Notes under the pieces: model-generated
Database searches by the model: none
Told to the model about the DNA's origin: nothing
The model's input: only the letters and a program-made list of their open reading frames with translations
In this document: positions 13,317 through 64,000 of the stretch, piece after piece
How positions within the stretch are numbered: the first letter of the stretch is position 1
Layout of the letters: each line of letters opens with the position of its first letter
DNA from: Macrostomum lignano
Taxonomy: Eukaryota
Assembly (NCBI GenBank): GCA_002269645.1
Contig: NIVC01000647.1
Location: forward strand, 372,001 to 436,000
Direction: 5' to 3'
DNA: 64,000 nucleotides
Made by a program: the position numbers and the translations under genes

Positions 13317-14142
13317 TTACAGAATGGCGTACTGACTGTACACCAGCTCCCGCACCCGGAAGTAGTCCTCGCTGCAGGCCCCTTCAATCAGCAGCCGCCC
13401 GGCCTCGGTCCGCTTCACCGCCACCCTGCCGTTGACCACCAGCACTCCGCCCTGGAACTCGGCGGTCATGCCGATCTCCTGCAGTCGCTGCTTCACGCCG
13501 TGCAGCTTGGGCTCGCCGATGAACACAGTCTTGTGGTCTGGCGGCCTGCCGGACTTCCACGGCACCAGAGTCGGCTGCTCGGTCGGACCCTCCAGATGGA
13601 TGCTGGCGTCAACCCAGGCCAGCTCGTATTCGCCTAGCGGGAAGAATGTCAGGCTGGAGATCAGCGAGTCCTTCACCCGGGCCTGGTAGATGTGCGCCTC
13701 CTTGGTGACGTCAACTGTTTCGCCATTGGCTGGCGTGTGGATCCGCTCCGGCGCCAGGCCCATGTTGGTGCGGCAGAACTCCGCCAGGTGGTCGGTGGCA
13801 TCCCGGCTGCCCAGCACCAGCACAGTCTCGCGCGGCTTCAACGTCGACACAATCTTCTTGACCGCGTCGCCGTCTGATCGACCTTCGAAGTCGATGAAAG
13901 CGACCGTGCACCGAATGTCGACGTCGACTTGTTCGACCAGGCATTTTGAGGGCGGCTCGGCGTCTCTGGCGGCCCGCTTCTCGGCGGCGGCCTTTGCGGC
14001 GGCTGCGGCGGCCGCTGCGGCTGCCAGGGCGGCCGTGTTGCGGCCCCGACCGCCGTCGGGCAAGTCGGCAACTGCGGACGGCGCGAACAGGGCGTTGAAC
14101 ACGTTGGGGTCCACCGGCTCGCCGTAGTCGTCGAAAGTCGGC
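13317..14142 (-). CDS. CPSF2: CPSF2 exon 4
   Basis: TTGCAG acceptor; ends YAIL-stop; AATAAA on the minus strand at ~13232-13237. Confidence 0.93.
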
Positions 14143-17100
14143 CTGCAATGGATGTTAATGGGATTTCAATAAGTAAGGATATGGGATTTGAGGATCTGGG
14201 ATTCGAAGAGCTGGGATTTGAGGATCTGGGATTTAAAGATGTGGGATTTAAGAATATGGGATTTGAGGATCTGGGATTTGAGGATCTGGGATTTGAGGAT
14301 CTGGGAATTGAGAATCTGGGATTTAAGGATCTGAGATTTAAGGATCTGGGATTTGACGATGTAGGATTTGAGGATCTGGGATTGGAGGATGTGGGATTTG
14401 AGGATTTTGGATTTGAGAATCTAGAATTGAGGAGCTGGGATTTGAGGATCTGGAATTTGAGAATCTGGAAACTGAGGATCTGGGATTTGAGGGTGTGGGA
14501 TTCGAGGATCTGAATCATTTACCTGAACTCAACAAGAGGATAGACGAGTTGCTGCTGCTGTTGATGCAGATGATGCAGCTGATGCAGCTGCCTCTGCTGA
14601 TGCTGGGCGGCCCGCTTGGCAGCGCTCGGGTTCGGCAGGATGTCGTGCGGCGATGCCGCGGTGAGCAGATTCGAACTCAGGCTCGATCCGGCGCCCGCGC
14701 CCCCGCCAGCAGCGCCAGCAGCGCTGCTCAGGCCGCCGACACCGCCGACGCTGCCGTTCATCGGGTCGTCCTTGTCGACGTCTTCGTCGTCGCTGGATTC
14801 GTCGTCAAGGTCGTCGGCGGGGTCGCCGGTGGCGCCAGGTGCTGCTGAGGAGGCGGCGGCGGCGGCATGAGGGCGCTTGGTTCGCTGCAGGGCCTCCAGC
14901 TCGGCGCCCTCGAGGCGCACCTTCCGTTTGACTTCAATTTGCACCTGAGAGGAGTGCGGCTTATCTGATATCGGATTCTGCAGCATTGAATTCAGGTCCT
15001 TCATCCTTTGATGGGCCGCTCCTTATCTTCCCCTAATCCTTTGATGGGCCGCTCTTAATCCCCATCTAATCCTTTGATGGGCCGCTCCTTATCTTCCCCT
15101 AATCCTTTGATGGGCCGCTCCTTATCTTCCCCTAATCCTTTGATGGGCCGCTCTTAATCCCCATCTAATCCTTTGATGGGCCGCTCTTAATCCCCATCTA
15201 ATCCTTTGATGGGCCGCTCTTAATCCCCATCAAATCCTTTGATGGGCCGCTCTTAATCCCCATCTAATCCTTTGATGGGCCGCTCCTTATCTTCCCCTAA
15301 TCCTTTGATGGGCCGCTCTTAATCCCCATCTAATCCTTTGATGGGCCGCTCTTAATCCTCATCTTATCCTTTGATGGGTCGCTGTTAATCCCCATCTAAT
15401 CCTTTGATGGGCCGCTCTTAATCCCCATCTAATCCTTTGATGGGCCGCTCTTAATCCTCATCTTATCCTTTGATGGGTCGCTGTTAATTCCCATCTAATC
15501 CTTTGATGGGCCGCTCTTAATCCCCATCTAATCCTTTGATGGGCCGCTCTTAATCCCATTCGAATCATTCGAAGGACTCACATGCCGCACATTCCGATTA
15601 TCGATGAGGTGTCGGGCGAGGCTGCCTGGCGGGCTGCGCTGAGTCAGGATGATGGCGTTGTTCTCGGCGCCAGCCCACTGCTGGAACAGCTGCCTGGTGA
15701 AGCCCCAGTCCAGGTCGGCCTGGGAGGCCAGGACCACTCGGGGCTCGCGCACTCGGGCCAGGTCCTGCGGTTTTGGAATTTGCGTTGGCTAGATTAGCAA
15801 TCCACCTCTAATGCCTAATCAATATTGAATAGATTAGCAATCCATCTGTAATCCAGCATATCCAAACTGACTAGATTAGCAATCCACCTCTAATCCAGCA
15901 TATCCAAAATGACTAGATTAGCAATCCACCTCTGATCCAGCATATCCAAACTGACTAGATTAGCAATCCACCTCTAATCCAGCATATCCAAACTGACTAG
16001 ACTAGCAATCCACCTCTAATCCACTATATCCAAACTAACTAGATTAGCAATCCACCTCTAATCCACTATATCCAAACTAACTAGATTAGCAATCCACCTC
16101 TAATCCAGCATATCCAAAATGACTAGATTAGCAATCCACCTCTAATCCAGCATATCCAAAATGACTAGATTAGCAATCCACCTCTGATCCAGCATATCCA
16201 AACTGCCTAGATTAGCAATCCACCTCTGATCCAGCGTATCCAAAATGACTAGATTAGCAATCCACCTCTGATCCAGCATATCCAAACTGACTAGATTAGC
16301 AATCCACCTCTAATCAGCATATCCAAACTGACTAGATTAGCAATCCATCTCTAATCCACCATATTCAATCTGACAAGATTAGCAATAGCAATCCACCTCT
16401 GATCCAGCATATCCAAACTGACTAGATTAGCAATTCACCTCTAATCCAGCATATCCAAAATGACTAGATTAGCAATCCACCTCTGATCCAGCATATCCAA
16501 ACTGACTAGATTAGCAATCCACCTCTAATCCAGCATATCCAAACTGACTAGACTAGCAATCCACCTCTAATCCACTATATCCAAACTGACTAGATTAGCA
16601 ATCCACCTCTGATCCACTATATCCAAACTAACTAGATTAGCAATCCACCTCTAATCCAGCATATCCAAACTGACTAGATTAGCAATCCACCTCTAATCCA
16701 CTATATCCAAACTAACTAGATTAGCAATCCACCTCTGATCCAGCATATCCAAACTGACTAGATTAGCAATCCACCTCTAATCCAGCATATCCAAAATGAC
16801 TAGATTAGCAATCCACCTCTAATCCAGCATATCCAAACTGCCTAGATTAGCAATCCACCTCTGATCCAGCGTATCCAAAATGACTTGATTAGCAATCCAC
16901 CTCTGATCCAGCGTATCCAAAATGACTAGATTAGCAATCCACCTCTGATCCAGCATATCCAAACTGACTAGATTAGCAATCCACCTCTAATCCAGCATAT
17001 CCAAACTGACTAGATTAGCAATCCATCTCTAATTCACCATATTCAATCTGACTAGATTAGCAATAGCAATCCACCTCTGATCCAGCATATCCAAACTGAC

Positions 17101-18561
17101 TAGATTAGCAATCCACCTCTAATCCACCATATCCAAAATGACTAGATTAGCAATCCACCTCTAATCCACTATATCCAAACTAACTAGATTAGCAATCCAC
17201 CTCTAATCCACTATATCCAAACTAACTAGATTAGCAATCCACCTCTAATCCACTATATCCAGACTAACTAGATTAGCAATCCACCTCTAATCCACTATAT
17301 CCAAACTAACTAGATTAGCAATCCACCTCTAATCAGCATATCCAAACTGACTAGATTAGCAATCCACCTCTAATCCAGCATATCCAAACTGACTAGATTA
17401 GCAATCCACCTCTAATCCAGCATATCCAAACTAACTAGATTAGCAATCCACCTCTGATCCAGCATATCCAAACTGACTAGATTAGCAATCCACCTCTAAT
17501 CCACTATATCCAAACTGACTAGATTAGCAATCCAGCATATCCAAACTAACTAGATTAGCAATCCACCTCTAATCCAGCATATCCAAACTGACTAGATCAG
17601 CAATCCAGACTCTCACCTGCAGGCTGTGACAAACGTGCAGATACCGAAAATTAAACGGATTATCTCTGCTAAGCTCGAACTGCTTGGTAACCCGATCGCT
17701 CATCCACTCAACCTGAGACTTGGCATGCTCAACAACATTATGAGCAACGCAATTCAACAGCGCCAGACTGTAGGCCATCAAGCCGGATTGCTGATTCTGC
17801 CACAGCTGCTCCAGCAGGTGAGTCAGCTCCAGGCATCGTCCCGCAGTGTCGGTAGCAATCAGCACGTTGCCGCCATCCCGCAGGGTGCCAAGAATCGATG
17901 TCATCAGCTGTTCATCTCTGGCGCGTCGTCGGCGCTGGTTGTACAGCATGTTGGCGCAGTCGGTGATGAGCAGCGATGGTCGGAATGTCAAATCAAAGCT
18001 GGCTCCGTTCAGGTGCCGCTCCTTCTTGTGGTTGTAGCCCAGGGCGTACACAATCTCCTCCTCGCCGTCCACTATCTTCCACAATGTGGCGCCCAGACTG
18101 TGCCCGGCAGGCAGCGGCGTGATGGCGATGCCGTGACCTTTGCCCTCGAAGGTGACCGTCTGCTGGTACTTCAACTGATGCACCCGGTCGAATGCGGCGT
18201 CGATATCGTCAAGGCTGAACAAGTTGAACTCTTCCACGGTGGCATGCGAGGCGTGCAGGTCGTACAGCATCATCTGGCCCATGCGGCGCACCGGGACGGT
18301 GGAGTAGATTGGGCAGGTCAGGCCGCACCTGCCTACCAGGTAGGGCAGAGCGCCGATGTAGAACGGATCCGAGTGGCTCAACAGCACGGCATCGATCTCC
18401 TTAGTAACTGGCTTCAATTGCTCAACATAGTCAGCCTTGAAGCTGGAGTCCCAGCCGCAGTCCAGCAGCAGTTTAAACTCATCGATTTGCAACAGGAAAC
18501 AGGGCGGAGTCTCCGACTGGGCGCCCGAGAAGGCGCGCAGCTTCACTATACAGGTTGCCAT
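13317..18561 (-). CDS. CPSF2: Cleavage and polyadenylation specificity factor subunit 2 (CPSF100), 4 exons, 791 aa
   Basis: join 18561-17617, 15764-15582, 14944-14523, 14142-13317 = 2376 nt; all GT-AG; phases 0,0,2. N-terminus LLLDCGWD...[16 protein letters not shown] (MBL fold), junction YPLVEFR|PTFDDYGE, C-terminus [23 protein letters not shown]. Confidence 0.96.
14170..14512. repeat. 15-bp minisatellite filling CPSF2 intron 3
   Basis: Unit GGGATTTGAGGATCT. Confidence 0.9.
14523..14944 (-). CDS. CPSF2: CPSF2 exon 3
   Basis: CTCAG|[16 protein letters not shown]...EFR|GTAAAT (phase 2). Confidence 0.9.
15002..15560. repeat. 33-bp minisatellite filling CPSF2 intron 2
   Basis: Unit ATCCTTTGATGGGCCGCTCTTAATCCCCATCTA. 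Confidence 0.92.
15582..15764 (-). CDS. CPSF2: CPSF2 exon 2
   Basis: CCGCAG|[14 protein letters not shown]...RH|GTGAGT. Confidence 0.92.
15790..17605. repeat. 42-bp minisatellite filling CPSF2 intron 1
   Basis: Unit GACTAGATTAGCAATCCACCTCTAATCCAGCATATCCAAACT, ~43 head-to-tail copies. Confidence 0.95.
17617..18561 (-). CDS. CPSF2: CPSF2 exon 1
   Basis: ATG 18561; donor CAG|GTGAGA. Confidence 0.93.
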
Positions 18562-18689
18562 GGTGACCGGTCAGGCTGGACAACCTCTTAATAAGCATGC
18601 AATTTATCCAGTTGCACCGCGGATGCGTAGAATTGAGAATTATTTTCACACTCCGGCTACTAAAGTAGACTGGTACCTGCACCTTCCAT

Positions 18690-19812
18690 GGGTCCTAGCT
18701 GCCCCCCAGGGAGCCTACCCGCCCCCAGGGATCTTACCTGCCTAATGGATCCTACACCACTCCCGGTGGATCCTAACCCCCTCCCGATGGATCCTACACC
18801 ACCCCCGATGGATCCTACACCACCCCCGATGGATCCTACACCACCCCCGATGGATCCTACACCACCCCCGATGGATTCTACACCACCCCCGATGGATCCT
18901 ACACCACCCCCAATGGATTCTACACCACCCCCGATGGATCCTACACCACCCCCAGGGATCCTACCCGCCACCAGGGATCCTACCCGGCCCCAGGGAGCCT
19001 ACCCGGCCCCAGGGAGCCTAACCCGCCCCCAGGGATTCTACCCGCCCCCAGGGAGCCTACCCGCCTCCAGGGATTCTACCCGCCCCCAGGGAGCCTACCC
19101 GGCCCCAGGGAGCCTACCGGCCCCCAGGGAACCTCCTACCTGCCCCAGGGATCCTACCCGCCCCCAGGGAGCCTACACGTCCCCAAGGGATCCTACCCGC
19201 CCCCAGGGAGCCGACACGTCCCCAGGGATCCTACCCGCCCCCAGGGAGCCGACACGTCCCCAGGGATCCTACCCGCCCCCAGGGAGCCGACACGTCCCCA
19301 GGGATCCTACCGGCCCCCAGGGAGCCGACACGTCCCCCAGGGATCCTACCGGCCCCCAGGGATCCTCCTACCCGCCCCCAGGGAGCAACCGGCCCCCAGG
19401 GATTCTACCCGCCCCCAGGGAGCCTACCCGCCCCCAGGGATTCTACCCGCCCCCAGGGAGCCTACCCGCCCCCAGGGAGCCTACACGTCCCCCAGGGAGC
19501 CTACACGTCCCCCAGGGAGCCTACACGTCCCCCAGGGAGCCTACACGTCCCCCAGGGAGCCTACACGTCCCCCAGGGAGCCTACACGTCCCCCAGGGAGC
19601 CTACACGTCCCCCAGGGAGCCTACCCGCCCCCAGGGATTCTACATTACCCGCCCCCAGGGATTCTACATTACCCGCCCCCAGGGAGCCTACCCGGCCCCA
19701 GGGAGCCTACCGGCCCCCAGGGAACCTCCTACCTGCCCCAGGGATCCTACCCGCCCCCAGGGAGCCTACATGTCCCCCAGGGATCCTACCGGCCCCCAGG
19801 GAGCCTACCCCT
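18690..19812. repeat. GC-rich 20/21-bp minisatellite between ENOX and CPSF2
   Basis: Units GATGGATCCTACACCACCCCC and CAGGGAGCCTACCCGCCCCC. Confidence 0.9.
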
Positions 19813-20169
19813 CCACTTTCTGTTTCTTTTATATCGAAAATAAACAACGAAATGAATATGCAGCAGTAATGCATAACCACCGCATTATATTTTCATAAAT
19901 AAAGTTAGGAATAAAGAAAAGTATATAGATTTCAAGAAATTTCACAGATAACGCTTAATAAAAAGCTATTTTTCAGTTGACAGCTTGTTGCGAAGGATAA
20001 AAGGCATTGTCCAGAAAAACATAAATGGTTTAGAAATGCTTGAAAATAGTGGACTAGACTAGAATAGATGGCAGTATAAAAAAAGAAGACGACGCAAGAA
20101 ATTTACAGCAATCGTTTTTTCCGGACGGATAATGACAAAAAAGGTTATCATTTTCAGTTGCCAGCAGAG

Positions 20170-23927
<3,758 letters not shown>

Positions 23928-24129
23928 GACTGAAGCAAATATGGTGATGATTATTTATGAATTATGGATCCAGGTTAATAGAAAGGTTTTCTCTTATTGA
24001 TAAACAGACCCATTAATCCCTAGGCACAAATCCATAAAAATTTCTGAACAGGTTATGAATGCTGTTCATCATCAGTTATGAATGCTCCCCTAATCTTGCG
24101 CATTCTCCATGGGACAAGTTCTCATGAAC

Positions 24130-24420
24130 TCAATGTGGGGGAATTTCTAATCCCACTCATAATGGGGGAATTTCTCATCCCTCTCAAAGTAGGAGAATTT
24201 CTCATCCCTCTCAAAATAGGAGAATTTCTCATACCTCTCATAATGGGGGAATTTCTCATACCTCTCATAATGGGGGAATTTCTCATACCTCTCATAATGG
24301 GGGAATTTCTCATACCTCTCATAATGGGGGAATTTCTCACCCCTCTCATAATGGGGGGAATTTCTCATCCCTCTAATAATGGGGGGAATTTCTTTTTTCT
24401 CTCATAATGGGGGAGTTTCT
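24130..24420. repeat. 27-bp minisatellite between ITPR and ENOX
   Basis: Unit TGGGGGAATTTCTCATACCTCTCATAA. Confidence 0.9.
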
Positions 24421-25129
24421 CATCTCTCAATTTCGCATTTTTCAATTTTTAACAAGAGAATGTCCCTAAATCCAAGACTAAAGTTTCAAAAAGAACTGAA
24501 TAGAATTTAATCTTAGTATTAGGCCAAATTAATTGAACAGTAAGAAACAGTAATTAGGAATTAGTTATCCAAGAAGACAATTTTACTATGAAGTAGTAAT
24601 ATATGATTCAGTAGTTTTCATTGCGCACATATGAATCCGTAAGAACATTAATTCAGTAGAAATATATAAGCTCTGTATATTATATTAAAGCACTGGCAAT
24701 AAAAGCCGGAACAGAAGCTTAAAAAAGAAGAATATACATATTTATAAATCTGAAGTTTAGATATAATTTAGTATAATGGAACTGGACTAAATCGCATCGT
24801 TCCGCTAGTCACAAGGAGCTTTAATAACAAGAAAATACACAAATCAAAATGGAATGCTTCAATCATCGGTCTAATGAACTTCTTCAAAGCAGATTTTCAA
24901 GCAGGCACAATGGTTCTTAATGTTAGGATGACAAAACAAACAAATTTGCAATGAAGCAAGACTGTCCCCGTTTCTACATGTAAAAGCTACCAGATTCTTA
25001 AAGAAACTAACCTTGTTTCCAAAAATGACCTCTGGTAAAAACTACCAACTTCTCAAAACCATGAAATTCTACTAGTTACTAAATTCTTAAGAGTACAAAC
25101 TTTTCAAAACTAACAAATTCTTAAAACTA

Positions 25130-25600
25130 CTGAATTCTCAAAACTACTGAATTTTCAAAGCTATCGAATTCTCAAAAACTATCGAATTCTCAAAACTACC
25201 GTATTCTCAAAACCACCTTATTCTCAAAACCACCTTATTCTCGAAACTACCAACTTCTCAAAACTACTGAATTCTCAAAACTACTGAATTCTCAAAACTA
25301 CCGAATTCTCAAAGCTACTGAATTCTCAAAACTACTGAATTCTCAAAACTACCGAATTCTCAAAGCTACCGAATTCTCAAAGCTACCGAATTCTGAAAAC
25401 TACTGAATTCTCAAAGCTACCGAATTCTCAAAAAACTACCGAATTCTCAAAACTACTGAATTCTCAAAGCTACCGAATTCTCAAAGCTACCGAATTCTCA
25501 AAACTACCGAATTCTCAAAGCTACCAAATTCTCAAAACTACTGAATTCTCAAAGCTACTGAATTCTCAAAGCTACTGAATTCCCAAAACTACCAGATTCT
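25130..25600. repeat. 17-bp minisatellite just downstream of the ITPR stop
   Basis: Unit TTCTCAAAACTACTGAA. Confidence 0.9.
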
Positions 25601-25746
25601 CAATTTAACCAATTTTTTAAAGCTACCGACTTCACAAACTACTAGCAAATTTGTCAAAACTGCTACTATTTCCAAAACTGGCAGATTCTGAACGAGTCCC
25701 AGCAAACTCCTATACAGCTAGCTAAGCTAAATAAGCGCCAGCCAAG

Positions 25747-61772
<36,026 letters not shown>

Positions 61773-61982
61773 TATGCACTTTTAATTCTAGATCCGGTCA
61801 GATCTTTGTTGCTAGCATGAATTTTTTTAAACAAGCATTTATTTTACAACTGACTATTAAATCATAATTATAAACAATATTAATAATTGAAAATTAGTGA
61901 CAGCAAAGAATTTAAAACAACTATTTTTAAATCGCAATTGCCCAGCCTCATGACAAACGACTAGAAGAGAGAAGAAACAAAT

Positions 61983-62600
61983 TGAGTCTTCTGCAAGCAG
62001 AAATGTGCTCAGAGTCTTCTGCAAGCGGAAATGTGCTCAGAGTCTTCTGCAAGCAGAAATGTGCTCAGAGTCTTCTGCAAGCAGAAATGTTTTTCAGAGT
62101 CTTCTGCAAGCAGAAATGTGCTCAGAGTCTTCCGCAAGCAGAAATGTTTTCAAAGTCTTCTGCAAGGAGAAATGTGCTCAGAGTCTTCTGCAAGCAGACA
62201 TGTTTTCAATGTCTTCTGCAAGCAGAATTTTTTTAGAGTCTTCTGCAAGCAGAAATGCTTTTCAGAGTCTTCTGCAAGCAGAAATATTTTTCAGAGTCTT
62301 CTGCAAGCAGAAATGTTTTTCAGAGTCTTTCGCAAGCAGAAATGTTTTCAAAGTCTTCTGCAAGCAGAAATCTTTTTTCAGAGTCTTCTGCAAGCAGAAT
62401 TTTTTTAGAGTCTTCTGCAAGCAGAAATGCTTTTCAGAGTCTTCTGCAAGCAGAAATATTTTTCAGAGTCTTCTGCAAGCAGAAATGTTTTTTCAGAGTC
62501 TTCTGCAAGCAGAAATATTTTTCAGTCTTCTGCAAGCAGAAATGTGCTCAGGTTCTTCTGAAAGCAGAAATTTGCTTAGTCTTCTGCAAGCAGAAATGTT
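61983..62600. repeat. 28-bp minisatellite upstream of the ITPR start
   Basis: Unit AGAGTCTTCTGCAAGCAGAAATGTGCTC. Confidence 0.92.
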
Positions 62601-63414
62601 TAGCAAATATACAAGCATCTATTGCAATCGCCTATATGTAATGATTATAACTTTTTAAACGCAATTTTCATAGAATAGAATTCTTGAGAAATTTATCAAT
62701 TTTTGTTAGACAAATTTTAATTTGCACTCAGGATTAAGAGTGAGATCAAGGAGAGGCTGAGGAGAAATGAATAACCATATATATATCAAATTGAATCAAT
62801 CCTATGAACGCCATCACACAGTGCACAGCATAAAACTTAGAATTCAAGCAATGTACAAACAAATTCTGACAATAAGCCCGCCATCCCAGACGAACACTAT
62901 AAAATGATGACAGGTACGCAAGCAAAAGCAGCTGCCTCGGGCATGCAATTTAACCGCATTAATAAAACAAAACTACAATAGCATTATGCCACTACCGGGT
63001 GAAATAAATATAAGACAATAAGCATACGAAAAGTAGCGCAAATTCAAGGAAAGTGAAAAAGAAACAATAGCAATCTGGATACACATCACTAAATGTTCTG
63101 GCACAATATGCTTCTTTGATACTGGGAATGAAATATAGTAAAGAAGTGACTAGAAAAGCTTGACAAATGATACACAAAAAATAAATATAACAAATAAAGG
63201 AATGCGCTTGAAACCTACTACTAGTAGACTAGATACAATTAAAGCAAAATAATAATATATTCTGCACATACTACTTAAAAAAAGTTGCACATGGACCCGT
63301 TCAACCAAATTGAGCATAAGATACAAATTAAAAAACGCAAACGCTACATAGCAAAAATATTATTCAGCCCTCATCATACTACTGACAGAAGTAGCAGAAC
63401 AATAATCATGAAAT

Positions 63415-63603
63415 TCAGTTTAAAACAGGCGCTGGCCGCAATTCAGCCACGGTGAGTTGCATAACAGGCCGAGAGCTGCGAAAGGCTTCAGCAATGGCCC
63501 TGGCAGCTTGCTTATGCTCCAAGCCTTTCATTGGCAGGCCGTCAACAGCCAAAATCACTTGGCCAACGCGTAGCTCGGCGCAGTCGTAGGCGCTGCCACC
63601 AGG
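63415..63603 (-). CDS. WHRN: Last exon of a whirlin/PDZD7-family PDZ scaffold (gene continues beyond the window; absent from the ORF track)
   Basis: TTTCAG|PGGSAYDCAELRVGQVILAVDGLPMKGLEHKQAARAIAEAFRSSRPVMQLTVAELRPAPVLN-stop, matching recalled whirlin PDZ3 GGSAHNCGQLKVGHVILEVNG...EHREAARIIAEAF. Confidence 0.8.
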   Translation of the reverse strand, partial: PGGSAYDCAELRVGQVILAVDGLPMKGLEHKQAARAIAEAFRSSRPVMQLTVAELRPAPVLN

Positions 63604-63661
63604 CTGAAAATGTTTAATTTATAAAACTTAGATTCTCATAGAAAAATAAACCGAGTGTTCA

Positions 63662-63875
63662 AATTAGCCTACTGATATAGGTAGAAAGTACGAAATTTTA
63701 TCACCAAAAACTTTACTAAACGTTGAAAACATGCACCATTTTGCATATTAATTAGCCTACTGATATAAGTAGAAAGTAAGAAATTTTATCGTCAAAAAGT
63801 TCACTAAACGTTGAAAACATGCACCATTTTACATATTAATTAGCCTACTGATGTAAATAGAAAGTACGAAATTTT
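63662..63875. repeat. 88-bp tandem repeat, ~2.4 copies, in the whirlin-like intron
   Basis: AATTAGCCTACTGAT recurs at 63662, 63750, 63838. Confidence 0.88.
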
Positions 63876-64000
63876 ATAAACTATATTTATTAATTATTTA
63901 TACCTATAAAAATCATAAATTTTACTGTGCAATTCTGACGTCATCAAATAAATCACCATAAAAACAAAATGTCATTAATCTTTTTAGAATATATAGGATC

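Noticed and set aside
15790-17605. CRISPR-like regular 42-bp repeats (also the 28-33 bp arrays)
   Set aside because: Head-to-tail units with no unique spacers, no cas genes, and located inside spliceosomal introns.
18688-19869. 393-aa Pro-rich ORF
   Set aside because: Product of the GC-rich 20/21-bp array; no non-repetitive domain.

Overview
Eukaryotic (metazoan) genomic DNA, not prokaryotic. The repeat-filled introns and Ala/Gln-run-rich proteins suggest a flatworm such as Macrostomum (inference only). Four co-directional minus-strand genes follow each other with ~1.6-1.8 kb stop-to-start spacing: the last exon of a whirlin-like PDZ gene (63603-63415), a complete 16-exon IP3 receptor (ITPR, 61772-25747, ~2926 aa), a 5-exon ENOX gene (23927-20170, 613 aa) and a 4-exon CPSF2 (18561-13317, 791 aa). 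All exon junctions were reconstructed by hand. 19 of the 22 complete introns carry their own tandem-repeat array, and all 15 ITPR introns are phase 0. Nested antisense in ITPR are (i) an intronless gene with an active-looking QACRG caspase domain preceded by what appears to be a second, degenerate caspase fold, and (ii) a young Ty3/Gypsy LTR retrotransposon (50171-58859; tRNA-His PBS, -1 frameshift signal, intact pol) with an extra ORF in the env position encoding a J-domain-like/TatD-like fusion whose catalytic motifs are lost. A 41-bp array at the start of ITPR intron 2 multiplies the exon-2 5' splice site seven times, each full unit being GT...AG. The left 12 kb hold a decayed Gypsy, a frameshifted C2H2 zinc-finger gene, an hAT MITE and a foldback palindrome. 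Most long ORFs in the supplied track are translation artefacts of tandem repeats.
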